A DNA stretch of 59,136 nucleotides, filler included, from Callorhinchus milii (GCF_018977255.1; 2 parts of 2 records of this genome joined end to end with filler, not necessarily neighbours in it), one strand, 5' to 3'. Shown: positions 24,874 to 38,322, counted from the whole stretch's first letter. The notes: generated from the letters alone by a model not told the origin. Made by a program: numbers and translations.

Positions 24874-26079
24874 AACCCTCATACACACATTCATAACATC
24901 GAGGCTGAGCTATGGAAGTACCTAGCTTGTCGGCCTCTCCAACTCGTCCCTCCATAGGCTGCAGGTCACTCAGATCTCTGCAGGCCCTGGGCTCTCCTGC
25001 AGCAGTATCTGAGACCCGATCACCCCTAGAGTCGCAAAACTGATGGTTTCCGTCACACAGAAGATACAATTCAATATCTTGGTCCTCTCCTTCAAATCCT
25101 CTGGCCTGCTTTGCGTATATAAATCTCTCGATCATTGGCGGGCGGGCCTTCTGCTTCTCTATCCTTACCCTTGTAACTGCATCCCACAGTCCTTCTGCAG
25201 CACCCCGTCCCTTGATAACTTCAAGGCTCATCGCAAGACTCTCCACTTCGACCATCTTTTCGGTCACCCTCCAACCACCCTGCCCTGCTTCCTCCCCAAT
25301 CCCGACCCTCCGCACGGGTCCCAATCTCTTGGGACATTCCAATTGCACTGCAAGAACTTTAACTTTCACTTGAACGTGCAGACGGGAGCTGGCTTTAACA
25401 TCCCAAGAAAAAGAAGCTTCTGAGAAAATATATTACTTCCCTATCCTCGCCTCCCCGACACACCCAGCAATGTGCTGGGCTGTCACCTTGATTCAATGTC
25501 CTCAAACGTGAGGCGAGGCGACCACTAAGTCAGGCTGACACACGGTTGCTCTATCATCTCACTCTCCTGTGTGACTGTGCGGGGATCACACTTCGCTCAG
25601 CGTGGCTCAGTTCCTCAGCCCCTTTGCTTGTTTCCCCCTCCCTTACTTCTCCATCTGAAATCTTTCTCCTTCTGAAATCCCAGTTTATCTGCTTTTTCCT
25701 GCGCTGCCTGTCACCTCCTTGTCTCTCTTTCCCCGGCTCTGTGTTAAACCGTGCGGTTGTCATACGCTCCAAGTTGCTACACCGTAGATCCCCAGTCGCC
25801 CCATCTCAACACCCAAAATTTGCTGAAGCCTTTGCGAACAAGAAGCTTTTTTAAAAAAATTGCTGACCGCCCACAAAATGTAGAGTCAAATCATATTATA
25901 CATCAAATGCAAGGATTATTATTATTATTCATTCCTTAATTCAACTTGTCACAGAAAAGTTCTTAATGTGGTTTAAAATGGGTGCAGTTTGCAATATTTT
26001 GTTTGATTTGGTTTGATCGAAATGTTCTCTTATAACTAAAGCTATACTTTTGATTCAATCTAATTGATCCACGATTTCT

Positions 26080-26720
26080 GCAGTCCTATATCCCAGTGGT
26101 AAGAGCATTCGCCTCATAAGTGAGAGGACACGGGTTCGATTCTCAGGTGGGACTGGACAGGGCGAAACCTTAGCCAAGTTTCATTAATACGCACATATGC
26201 TTCTAATTACCTAGCAGTAAGTCCGATACGGGTTTTTATTGGATTAATCTATCGTTTTCTGGGCGAGTAATCCCTTCAGAAATAAAGAAACAACCATAAA
26301 TGAAACTTGAAACATTGCACGTGCTTGAAATCTGAAACAAAACAGAGATCCCTGGGAATACTCAACAGGTCAGGCAACATTTATGGAGAAAGGAGAGTGT
26401 GTCAACGAGGATGATGTGACAAGTTTCTGACGAAGCGTCACGAACCCGAAACATTGACCAATTTTTTTCCAATCCCCGTAGGTGCTCCTGACCTGCTGAG
26501 TGTACTTAGAGATCTCTGTTTTTATTAATAATAATACATTGGTCCTTCAGTCGATAACCGGTTATGAGGCACTGCTGTGCACAATTGGCTGTCACACTTC
26601 GCCCATAAAATATACCATCAATCCACTTCATAATACATTCTTTGAAGTACTTTGAGGCGTCTCAACAAGCTGATAGGAGATTACATCAAATGCAAGAATT
26701 ATTAATAATTACATTAATTT
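26080..26720 (+). mobile_element. Old SINE interrupted by a palindromic element
   Basis: Head CAGTGGTAAGAGCATTC..GGTTCGATTC at ~26095-26140; core and tail resume at ~26530. Confidence 0.7.
26312..26525 (+). mobile_element. Palindromic Penelope-derived repeat with degenerate hammerhead core
   Basis: Imperfect inverted arms ~26338-26389 and ~26473-26523 around CTGACGA-AGCGTCACGAACCC-GAAAC-ATT (26427-26455). Confidence 0.6.
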
Positions 26721-27401
26721 ATTATTATTATTACATTGTATTATGTAAATTATATTAATTTATTATTATTAAAATTACAAAATATTTGATTTGCTTTCGG
26801 AATGTTCTCTTTTTTAAATAAATCCTCGTAGATTTTGATGTAGTGAATGAAAAATTGTGTTTTATTTCCGTTCTTTAACAGTTAATAATCGTACAGGTTC
26901 GTTCATCTGACACCAGCCTGGTGCGTGTGGAGGGATTGGTGTGTGGGGAGGGATGGGATTGTGAATGGTGGTAGACAGAGAGAGAGAATGAAAGATACAC
27001 TCACGCAAATACATGTGATATTAGCACTGCTGATATTCAAGCAAGTGTGGTAAGAGTGAGCGAACAGCGATGGCTGCAGGTTCAAACACATGTGCACACA
27101 TAGTGACACAGAAAGTCAAACACGCAACTGAGCTATAGAAAAACACAGACATTCTGTGTGTAAGAGATATAAACAAAAAGCTGTACTCAAGCACACAGAG
27201 CACTCAAAGAGAGTGACATACGTTTGCAGACATATGGGTTAACCATTTCACAACATCTCCACAAACTTCGCTTACCCGGGACTGTAGAGCGACGGAATCC
27301 AAGGCGCTCAACTCTGTCTCCAACTGTGACTCGAGATTGTGGATACACAGTGCAGAGGGAGTTTTACTGTATCTACTCCCTGATCTGGGAGTGCATGGAC
27401 A

Positions 27402-28057
27402 TTACACCATTTCCAAATTTTTATGCATCCAACATGTTATCGTAGTCGACAGCAACGTTTCTAAATGAAATAAACTAACAATTCGAATGAATGGAAACGT
27501 CACCACTTTGCTTAAATCCTCCCTGAATTTGGTCTGGGTCACCGCGTAAATAAATGTGTTTGTACAGGAACTCAAAAGCTTCAGCATGTAACCAGTGTGC
27601 CACGCAATATACATAGGGACGGTGGAGGAATATGTTTTTGAAATCCTCCAGTATAAGAAATATAGAACGTATGTAACCCATAATAATACAAAACTGGTGG
27701 AAATAGCAAAGAGTAAAATGATGGATTTATTTCGATTCTTCATCTCTGGATCACTGTCGCTCACATCTCTATTCTTGTCCCCATTACTGATTTCCCGCAA
27801 TCTCCTTCGGGCTCGACTGGCCACGAGTATGTGCCTGACAGTCAGGGAGTTGAGCAGCAAAATAATAATGAATGGGAGAATTGGGGTTAAAGTGTAATAA
27901 AGTGTGTCAAACGCTGCCCATGCCCGAGAAGTGAAATAGCTTGGTTTAGGTTTGCAACCCCATGGTATGTTATTAACTATGTACTGTGCCTCAACTACAA
28001 AACCCCAGGGAATGTTTACCACAAAGGAAATCACACTCAATATCGCTATCACTGTTG
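27402..28057 (-). pseudogene. GPR139-like class A GPCR, C-terminal half (TM4-TM7)
   Basis: NIPW, LTPILPFIIILLLNSLTVRHILVASRARRRLR, DPEMKNRNKSIILLFAIS, LLSSCTNTFIYAVTQTKFRE; the N-terminal half is not contiguous. Confidence 0.85.
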
Positions 28058-28189
28058 TATATATATATAAAGTAATACACTACTGTAGCTCAGTGGTTAG
28101 AGCACTATCAATTTACAGGGTATTTTGTGAACCATTTTGAGACGTCAAAACAACATGTTAAGGCATTGAATCGAATGCAAGAATTCCTT

Positions 28190-29050
28190 ATCTCTCTGTC
28201 TCTCTTCCAGTCCGAGTGTATTGATCTGCCAATCTCACTCCGTCTCTGTATATCTCCGTTTCTCTCTCTGTGTTTAGCGCGTTCTCTCGGTGTTAAAGGC
28301 ACTATTCGTTTGAAATGTTGTCGTTGAGTGGTTCTTTTTCTCTGTGTATCTCTTTCTGTGTATTTCTCTCTTGCTGTCTATATGTACCTCTCTCTGTATG
28401 TGTGAGTGTACCTCTCTGTCTGTGTCTCTGTCTCTCTATCTATGTGTATATCTGTCTCTTTCTGAGTGTGTTTATCCCTTTGTGCGAGTTTATCTCTGTC
28501 TCTATGAATCTCTGTGTTTCTCCCTGGGTCTATGTCTCTCTATCTGTGCGGTGTATCTCCGTGTCTTTCTGAGTGTTTTTTCACACTCGTGTGTCCTTAT
28601 CTCTCTGTTTTCGTGTGTCCTTATCTCTCTTTGTGTCTGTGTTGGTGTGAATCTATCCCCTGTTCTTGGTTTGAAAGTATTGACAATTTCTCTTGCTATC
28701 CTTGCTCTACTATTTTCCGTTACACCAGGCCTGGACAACATACACATAGCGATGTGTTGAAGGGTTGTATAAGCATAAGCATTGCATCCGGCGCAAAGGG
28801 AGCTATATGAATGCAATTTTTTTTCCAGTTGTTATATCTGTCTTTCTTTCTCTGTCCATCTGTTTCTCTGAATTTGTTTTCCTGTCTGTTTGTCTCTGTA
28901 TCTTTAAGTCTCACTATCTTTGTCTCCGTAACTCTCTCCCCTCTTTCTTGCTCTCTCAGTATGTGTTTCTGTGACTGTCTGTTTGTCTCTGTATCTTTCT
29001 GTTTATGTGTATCTGTATCTGTCTCTCTCTGTTTTACTGTATTTGAGTCG
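28190..29050. repeat. CT/GT-rich low-complexity tract (GPCR intron-like)
   Basis: Degenerate (TC)/(TG) repeats generating spurious ORFs. Confidence 0.7.
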
Positions 29051-29219
29051 TTGCGAGACAGATTTCTCGCTTTGAATCCAAAAGATTAGGATTTGAGCTG
29101 GGAGAGATTTTGCCAGCACCAAGTCCATTGCATTCGATTTACACTATGTCAATTGTAGCAATGGATTATGTACAAGTTGTTGCATTGTGATGGTTATTTC
29201 TCTTTCACTCTCTCTGTAG

Positions 29220-29533
29220 CGAACCTCCTGTCGATTGTGATCCTGTCTCGAGGGCGGTGCGGTCTCTCCAAATGTATCACTCACTATCTGGTGTCCATGT
29301 CAGTGACTGATCTGATGGTGATTATCATATCAGTGATTCTCTATCGAGTTATTCCTTCTTATTTCCGAATTTCGTTCGTGTTGATCACACCTGTGTGTGG
29401 AACATTAATGGTCCTGGCTGCGTCAGCTTCATCAATTTCTGTCTGGTTAACTGTGGCTTTTACCTTTGATCGATATGTGGCCATCTGTTGCCAAAATCTG
29501 AAAACAAAATATTGTTCCGAAAAAACTCTGCTG
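29220..29533 (+). pseudogene. GPR139-like GPCR, N-terminal part of main exon (TM1-TM3, DRY), ends at gap
   Basis: Acceptor CTCTCTCTGTAG, then NLLSIVILSRGRCGLSKCITHYLVSMSVTDL..SVWLTVAFTFDRYVAICCQNLKTKYCSEKT. Confidence 0.85.
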
Positions 29534-29633
29534 NNNNNNNNNNNNNNNNNNNNNNNNNNNNNNNNNNNNNNNNNNNNTTAATTAATTAANNNNNNNNNNN
29601 NNNNNNNNNNNNNNNNNNNNNNNNNNNNNNNNN
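29534..29633. other. Artificial contig spacer: 44 N + TTAATTAATTAA + 44 N
   Basis: Exactly 100 bp with a six-frame stop linker in the centre. Confidence 0.95.
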
Positions 29634-30630
<997 letters not shown>

Positions 30631-31187
30631 CAGACAAATTCGACAGAGGAAGCGACAGCTGCAGACAGAAAAAAAGTTATATCCACGTCAGTATCGATGC
30701 ACAGAGGAATGCATATTTACACTGTAGCACATGACATAAGTCGACACTTATTCATATATTCATGATATAGTGAAAAAGTTTACCAAATTCATCACACGGG
30801 CTGTTCTGGCACACAATAAGAGGGCGAATGGTCATAAACATGCCTGGAAGCCCTCGTATCTTCAAAATGAATGTTAACCTAAAACTCCGAGCACACAATT
30901 TTGGCTGTCTAGCTACAAAAGGAATATTTATGAAAGCTAAATTTAGCTGACAAAGCAAAGGGTGTTGAAAATAATACTATTTGTGTTATGGAAAAATGCA
31001 TAAATTAATGTTCAATCGCAACTTAGAGGTGTGAAGCCAGCCAGGCTCACGATGTCCTTGCACGCTGGAATGAACAGATCTGACTTCAACTGCATGTGTG
31101 TGCTGTGTTAACTTCTTGACTGTTTCCATTCTTATAAAGTTATAAAGTTCCAGAGGAAAACAAAAACAAACTATTGTTGTCATATAA

Positions 31188-31900
31188 CCTAGAGTGAATA
31201 CCGCCACGCGTCTAGAGTGAACACCACCATGTGTCTAGAGTGAACACCGCCACGCGTCCAGAGTGAACACCGCCACGCATCTCGAGTGAACACACACCAC
31301 GTATCTAGATTGAACACCGCCACGCGTACAGAGTGAACACCGCCACGCATCTAGAGTGAACACCACCACGTATCTAGATTGAACACCGCCACGCGTCCAG
31401 AGTGAACACCGCCACACATCTAGAGTGAACACCACCACGTATCTAGATTGAACACCGCCACGCGTACAGAGTGAACACCGCCACGCGTCCAGAGTGAACA
31501 CCGCCACGTGTCCAGAGTAAACACCGCCACGCGTCCAGAATGAACACCGCCACGCGTCCAGAGTGAACACCGCCACGGGTCTAGAGTAAACACCGCCACG
31601 CGTCCAGAGTAAACACCGCCACGCGTCCAGAGTCAACACCGCCACGTGTCTAGAGTGAATACCGCCACGCGTCCAGAGTGAACACTGCCACGCGTCCAGA
31701 GTCAACACCGCCACGTGTCCAGAGTGAATACCGCCACGCGTCCAGAGTGAACACTGCCACGCGTCCAGAGTCAACACCGCCACGTGTCTAGAGTGAATAC
31801 CGCCACGCGTCCAGAGTGAACACTGCCACGCGTCCAGAGTCAACACCGCCACGTGTCTAGAGTGAACACCACCACGCGTCTAGAGTGAACACCGCCACGC
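31188..31900. repeat. 23-bp CpG-rich minisatellite (AGAGTGAACACCGCCACGCGTCC) with a 69-bp higher-order period
   Basis: About 30 tandem units; the 23-aa periodicity of the minus-strand ORF reflects a 3-unit repeat. Confidence 0.95.
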
Positions 31901-32331
31901 TGTTGACAAGCCCCACCTTATTGTTATTGTTGTTGTGGGCAGGTCGCTTCTCAAAACAAGAGCGGTACAGCAGCTCAAGCGGGGTGGCCTGGTAAAAATG
32001 AAAAAAAAACCTGTGTATATTTAAAATAAAACAAAGTTACAAAGTAGCGAGCCAGGTGAAGAGAAATTAAAACTTAAGCAAGATACTTTTTGGTTCTTTC
32101 GGTAAAGTCACGTAAAATAAATCAATTAAATAATAGTTTCAGTTTAAAAAAATTTGGTATAGCCCTGTGAGCCATTCGACTCTAAATCAGATGCAATCGC
32201 AACAAAAAAAAACAAAAAATGCATGAGAAAACATCTTAAAGTGACTATGTGACTGTGAAAACATAAAATCCAGGGAAAAACAGCAAAATATTCCACAAAA
32301 AGCATCGTACACCAACGCTGTGTGCAAATAG

Positions 32332-32376
32332 CATACGACGTTTCGATTGCAACACAAGCAATCATCATCAGGTACA
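32332..32376 (-). ncRNA. Minimal type-I hammerhead ribozyme (Penelope-type), intact core
   Basis: Minus strand: TGTAC-CTGATGA-T-GATTGC-TTGTGTT-GCAATC-GAAAC-GTC-GTATG. Confidence 0.8.
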
Positions 32377-32499
32377 AATGAAAGAGGAAAAACCTAGTAA
32401 ACTTATAAATGTAATGCAATACAACACAGAGAGTCAGCTAACATAACAGTCAACACCCCAACTGGTTGATAACATTCTTCTAAAGATTGCTCAATTTGA

Positions 32500-32770
32500 G
32501 AGAGAGACAACACAGACACGGAGACACATAGACAGATACATAAGCAGAGAGAGATGACACAAAGACACACAGAGAGAGACACACACACATAGACACACAG
32601 AGAGACACACACAGGCAGACAGAGAGATGACACACATAGGCACACAGAACAACAACGCCTGTGTTTAGAGAGAGGGGGGTAGAGAGAGGGGAGGTAGAGA
32701 GGGGGGGGGGTAGAGAGAGGGGGGTAGAGAGAGGGGGTAGAGAGAGGGGGGTAGAGGGGGGGTAGAGAAA
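32500..32770. repeat. GA/CA-rich tract followed by (GAGAGGGGGGTA)n G-rich repeat
   Basis: Directly visible. Confidence 0.8.
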
Positions 32771-33199
32771 TTAGCATGTCAAGGCCGTAGCCATGGAGTC
32801 AACATTGGGGGGGACCAAATCTTCCAGGGGTCTGGGCCCCCCTCCCCCAGAAAAAATCTAAATTTGAAACTAATTTCCTGCCATTTCCTCCTAAAATATT
32901 TAAAATTCACTAACACATGGATGGAATTTTTTTATTTTTACAATAATGTCTAATAGTGTATTGTATTACATTGCTTTTTTTTCTTTTTTACCTTTTCTTG
33001 TTTCATAGTTGTAATGGCAGAGATTAGGGATTCATAAAGTACAATCGCAATCATATAAACAGAAATCTATGCATTGTTATATTAAGACAAGTCCAGATTT
33101 GTGGCCGAGGTTTAGCAATTGTTTTATTAACATAGCATCGCAATTATTAGTAAAAATATTTTATAGGCAATATATTGGGGGGACATTTTGAGCAAATTT

Positions 33200-33352
33200 A
33201 ATGATTATAACATATTATAATGATTATAACATATTATAATGATTATAACATATTAATTATTATAACATATTTATTTTATAACATATAATTATTATAACAT
33301 TCTAATTATAACATATACTTATAACATTATAATAATTATAACATATTATAAT
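33200..33352. repeat. AT-rich minisatellite (ATAACATATTATAATGATT)
   Basis: Directly visible tandem units. Confidence 0.85.
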
Positions 33353-33664
33353 TAGGGCCTTGTGTCAATGAGAGATTTGGAGGCTTGGTGACTGCACTTA
33401 ATAAACCAAACTTCGTAACATTTGAAATGTAATGCAATGTAACACAGAGAGTCGGTCAACACACAATTAACGCATCGCCTGGCTGATTGCGTTCTTCCAA
33501 AGAATGCAAAATTAAGCGAGAGAATTGAAGCAAACGCGATCAGGCGAGGGCAGGAGGCAAGGCCCCGCGTTGTAAAGTTCCAACCTGGACATCGCTTCCA
33601 TGCTCGCTGCTACTCAATTGACATCCCTACGAGAGAGAGAGCGAGGCTCTACCTCGGTAAGCAA

Positions 33665-33845
33665 CAAAAACAGCCACCACAACAACAGCCACAACCACCA
33701 CAACAACCACAACAACCACCACAACAACCACCACCACAACCACCACCACAACAACACCTCCACCACACCACAACCACCACCACAACCACAACCACCACCA
33801 CATCCCACAACAACAACAACCACCACCACAACCACCACCACCAGC
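33665..33845. repeat. (CAC/CAA)n trinucleotide low-complexity repeat
   Basis: Directly visible. Confidence 0.9.
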
Positions 33846-33861
33846 GATGAGGATTTCTCAC

Positions 33862-34190
33862 CTCGGATTTCAGTTCACGGGCGGAGCGGCAACTTCCTGG
33901 TCCCTCGCGACGTCACGCGGCAGCAGGTGACATGACGTCACTTGCGGGGTACGATGACACTCCCCTCCCACAATGAGCGGCTCTCAACTCGCGACGGCTT
34001 TCACGAATACATTATGTTAATGAGCCGCCACGTACCGGGCGTGGCTTTGCCCAAATAAGGATTGGCAAGAGATGACGTCACGCTCAAGAGCGCGGTGGTC
34101 GGGGGTGGGTGACATGACGTCACTAGCGAGGAACACCTCCCCCTGGCGTTTGACGCCGATGAGGTCACGCTGAGCGGTGACGTCAGAGAG
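33862..34190 (-). promoter_or_regulatory. CpG-rich promoter and putative non-coding exon 1 of the 10-finger ZF gene
   Basis: Donor GAG|GTGAG at 33862/33861; perfect CREs TGACGTCA at 33933, 34073, 34115, 34178; CArG CCAAATAAGG at 34051; adjacent ATTGG; ETS-like CAGGAAGT. Confidence 0.65.
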
Positions 34191-34459
34191 CGGGGTCAGA
34201 GTTCAAGTTTGTTGACATAAAGAGAGCGAGTTTCGACTTAGCCTCAAACGAGTACCCGGTGCGGTGTGTCAACATCGCCACTAGGGAGACAAAGGCGGCC
34301 GGGCGTGGTGCTGGCCACCCACCCCCTCGTGTGCCGTGACGACCTCCATCGGTGCTACTCGCTATGAGCAGCACTTTGTACATGTCGTTGCTTGGCTCTC
34401 CAGCACACCGCTGGCGACATTTCACGATGACATTTTTTGGAAAAATTGGTCCAATTTTC

Positions 34460-34682
34460 CTAGTCTTCTTGGTTTCTTTGGTAAAGTCACGTAGAATGGA
34501 AATAATAAAATAATAAAAATAAAACAATAAAATTATTCTCACGACGTTTCGGCCACAACGCAAGCAGCCGTCAGGTGAAGAACAGGTCTGTCAGAAAGAT
34601 TATTATTTCTTTCTACGTGACTTTACCGAAAGAACCAAGAGGATGAATCCCTGCAGTCACGAAAGCTTTAAATCGAAATCAA
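34460..34682. mobile_element. Penelope-like pLTR fragments in inverted arrangement, hammerhead with 3-nt core deletion
   Basis: GGTAAAGTCACGTAGAA / TTCTACGTGACTTTACC inverted pair around hammerhead 34538-34580; terminus GCAGTCACGAAAGCTTTAAATC. Confidence 0.7.
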
Positions 34683-35497
34683 TTTCCTAGCTTTATTTTT
34701 CAACTAAAAGTGCATTTCTTGGTTGTGTTTAGCCTGAGTAGCCTATATATTACGTTAAAAAGTGTGGAATTTCATGCATGAAATTTAGAAGTAAAAAGAA
34801 AAAGTGAATTCCTCCATTTTGTTAAGCATTAGTATGCTCTATATTACATTAAAAGTGGGAAATTTCACGATTAAATGTTCACGTCCCAAACAGGAAATCG
34901 GCATACGAACCTCTGCCGTTTTTGGCTAAAATTTAACGAATTTTTACAGCTGTATTTTTTTAACAAAAAGTGCATTCCTCGGTTGTGTTTAGCCTGAGTA
35001 GTCTATATATTACAATAAAAGTGAGAAATTTCACCATAAAATTTGATAATCACGGAGATAATCGTATTAATTTATGCGAATGCTTGCGATTATGTTAATG
35101 TGTGCAGTTATGATAACTATGCTTAGTTTCGTTATCCAGAGTTGTATCAATCGGATAACCGATTATCTTTGATTAAACATTTATTGATTATCTTAGTGTG
35201 TTTATGTTATGTTAGGTCTCCAAATTCATATCTCAACGCAGGTTACAGTTCTTATGAATAAGACAGTTTTGCATGGACTGTGGAAAGAAGCACTCGAACA
35301 CTTGGTGTTAAGCAATTTTAATTCTAAACAAAATATGACACTCTAAGATGCGACTCTCAGGTTCGGAATTATCGACGGTACCATTGGGGAGATTTCTCTC
35401 GGTGAGCAATACTCTTAACCATCAAGGCTTGCGTTGTTTCACTTTGGCAACCGCACATCTCACTGCCCTGACTCACGTGGCTTCTAAAAAATATTGT

Positions 35498-35975
35498 TGA
35501 TGTAAAGACAGTGCATCTACTAAGGGACAAGCGGTGACAATAGGATATAAAGATTTACACTATAAGACCTCCTTCACCAGTGGCAAAATATAGTAATAGG
35601 TTTTTACCCAATCAACTTCAAGGACAATACATATCATTATCGTCATCAGAGTTGTTTCTTTTTGTTTGCATTCTGCCTGCTTGTGTTGTGGTTATTGCAA
35701 ACATGATGCCTTGCATAAAGGTGTCAGTTTTTGTACCAGTTGAAAGGGTTAAAACCTATTACTAGGAGATCAAGAGTTAAATAAGGGAAGGCGGGACAAA
35801 GGGTGGGAGTAGATTCACAACGAGAATAAGAGAGCGGGAGGAACGAGGTCCGGGGCTGTTTTGATGGAATATCGGGTCGTGGCTGGTTGCTGTCTCGTCG
35901 TTGTCGTTGCTGTATCGTGATTCCGGGGTCGTAAGCAGTGTTACAGGCTAAATAAAATAACCTCTACAGTCTACA
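35498..35975 (+). mobile_element. Probable Gypsy solo LTR with a ~215-bp internal insertion
   Basis: Starts TGATGTAAAGAC like the inverted copy at 47785-47978, which abuts a Gypsy integrase fragment; AATAAA near its end. The right boundary is uncertain. Confidence 0.55.
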
Positions 35976-37727
35976 GAGTCTGGAGTCATTAGAATTGTGA
36001 CGATTCATAATCTCACGAGCTCATAGTGGGTTTGTTCAATTATTAGATTTTACTATGAAAGTAGTTACCAGTGTTATTATTATAGCGTTTCAATGTATAG
36101 CTATAACAGTTATATTGTTAGAGTTTATAATGTTAGAGCTTACAGTGTGAGTTTATAATGTGAGAGTTTTTGGCCGTGCCCTGTCCTCGTGGGACCCCAC
36201 GCGGATTTGGAAATAATTGCAATGACCATGAATGAGCTGAGATTTGAGCGACTGTTTACTTTGTTTCAACATAACTGAGTGCAGGTTAGTGCCATCTGGG
36301 CTTAGCGAATACCACTCATGAATGAACTCATACTCCTTTATGAAAGACATTGTAATCTTGCCTTTTCTTGACGAATTGTTATCTTCAATATCGTCCTCAA
36401 ATATACGGCTAAAATACACAGCAGAGGGAAGGCTGCCTTGTTGGGAGATGTAGTTTGGATAAGGCGCTGTGACTGGAGTTAAAAATTCGCTGCTTGGCCC
36501 CGTCAACAGCAGCGGAGACGATCCGATCCACCGCGTTCCATCTCCCCACAAGATCCACGAAATTCTCAGTTTTTTTTAAATGAACGTATATTTTTCAAAT
36601 CATATGTAATGTAATTATGTTATAATGTGTGATTGTTATACACTTTATCTGTTTACATACCGGTTATAGCTATTCGATTTAATTAACATGACATTCATCC
36701 AACAGTGGACTGTTTGATTCTAATGCGACTACAGTGGGATTTTAATAATTGTAATGAGATTCAAATCTTGCAAATCCTACCCCCGGTTCGCATTCACTTA
36801 ACATGCATATGGCCACAGTGTGATTCTAACATTATCACAGTGCGATTATAATTATATTATGCGATTATAATCACGAACCTCCGTTTATTGTGTTCAAAAC
36901 TAATAGTACCGTACCTCTGTTTTGGTGTTATAAATGATGAAACTAGTTAATAGATTATGTATTTTAATTATTTTGTTTATGTTGATAGTGTTACAGTTCA
37001 CATGTCATACTTGATGATTAGGGACCGTAACGTTGCGAATACATTTATAATGGGGACCTTTCCCCTTGAGGGAACATGTTAATGGAGAGACAGCCAAGAT
37101 GCTGCCGGTTAAGGGCAGATTTGTGTGACGAAGATCCTCCACCTGAAACTCGCTTAAAACACGTTTTTGCTATGAACATTGTAAAATAAATAAACGGACA
37201 AACATTTGTAAAATACGTTTTTATTCATCTGCAATCATTTTTACGTTAAAACTCCAACCGAATATGTATTATGTCCTATGTTCAAACAGTTACAGTACAA
37301 TGCAAACCATATCCGTTCCAGGAATACCAAAGCGTTAAAGTATCATTCCCATGATTTCCTTATTAGTTCACCACATTTGTTCACTGTGCGTCTATGTTGA
37401 AGTCAAGGCCATATATCCAACGAACGCGTCATCAATGTACATCCTAAAGTCGCTTATACTTGAAAAAAAAACCGTTTAAAATGTTGAGTAAAGATCTAAC
37501 TACAGATGCATTCCAACTTTAGCTCAACAGGAACACCTTAACGACTACAATTGAACCCTCTCACACCAGCTGCTCATCACACCACTTCGGCAAGTAATCC
37601 GACAACATTACAAACCACCACCTGCACGTCATTAAACTCTCAAACAAACTGTAAAACTAAATGGTCAAAATTACACACAAAAGTACTCGAACGGCTTAAT
37701 AGGTATCCGCATGAACATATTTTTCAG

Positions 37728-38322
37728 TCACCCCGAGCTCTCGGTTGATCTCGACCATCATTAACCACATTTCGGGCAACTGCATGGGATCGAAGGTGGA
37801 ATTATCTTAGGAATCTTGCAGCACCTGAATTCACCTTTTGATTTCAGCTTCTCTATCATGTGGACCTTCTGATGCCTTTCTGTATTGATGAGTGGTGGCA
37901 AATGACTTCCCACACACGGGCACCAGGAATGGGCTTCTCGCCCGTGGTGGTGGGGTCCTGGTGACGTCCTCTGAGATGTTGATGAACCGTGCAAATGTCT
38001 TCCCACACACAGGCACAGGAATGGCTTCTCGCCCGGTGTGGTGTTCTCTGATGTTTTGAAGAGTTGATTGATCTTGCAAAATGTCTTCCCCACACACACA
38101 CAGGAATGCTTCTCGCCGTGTGGTTGATGTTCCTGGAAAGATTGTGCAAATTCTTCCACAACAGGCACAGGAATCGCTTCTCGCCCGTGTGTGTTCTCTG
38201 GTGCTCTGAAGATTGATGCAGTGAAATGCCTTCCCACACACCAGGCAATTGAGTGTGTGTTCTTGTGTCTCGGTGTGCGTGGTGTGCTGCCCTGCTGGAG
38301 CTTGAGAGCGTCTCTGCTCCAT
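37728..38322 (-). pseudogene. C2H2 ZF cassette gene, copy A, heavily indel-disrupted
   Basis: MEQRRSQ start, broken [12 protein letters not shown] repeats, KVHMIEKLKSK tail homologous to copies B and C. Confidence 0.85.

Larger units (their letters stand above)
23930..25365 (+). mobile_element. L2 fragment split by a CR1 insertion
   Basis: VRKLGVLLDPQMSFLPHI..RSAF (23960-24090) continues as TLIHTFITSRL at 24874. Confidence 0.75.
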
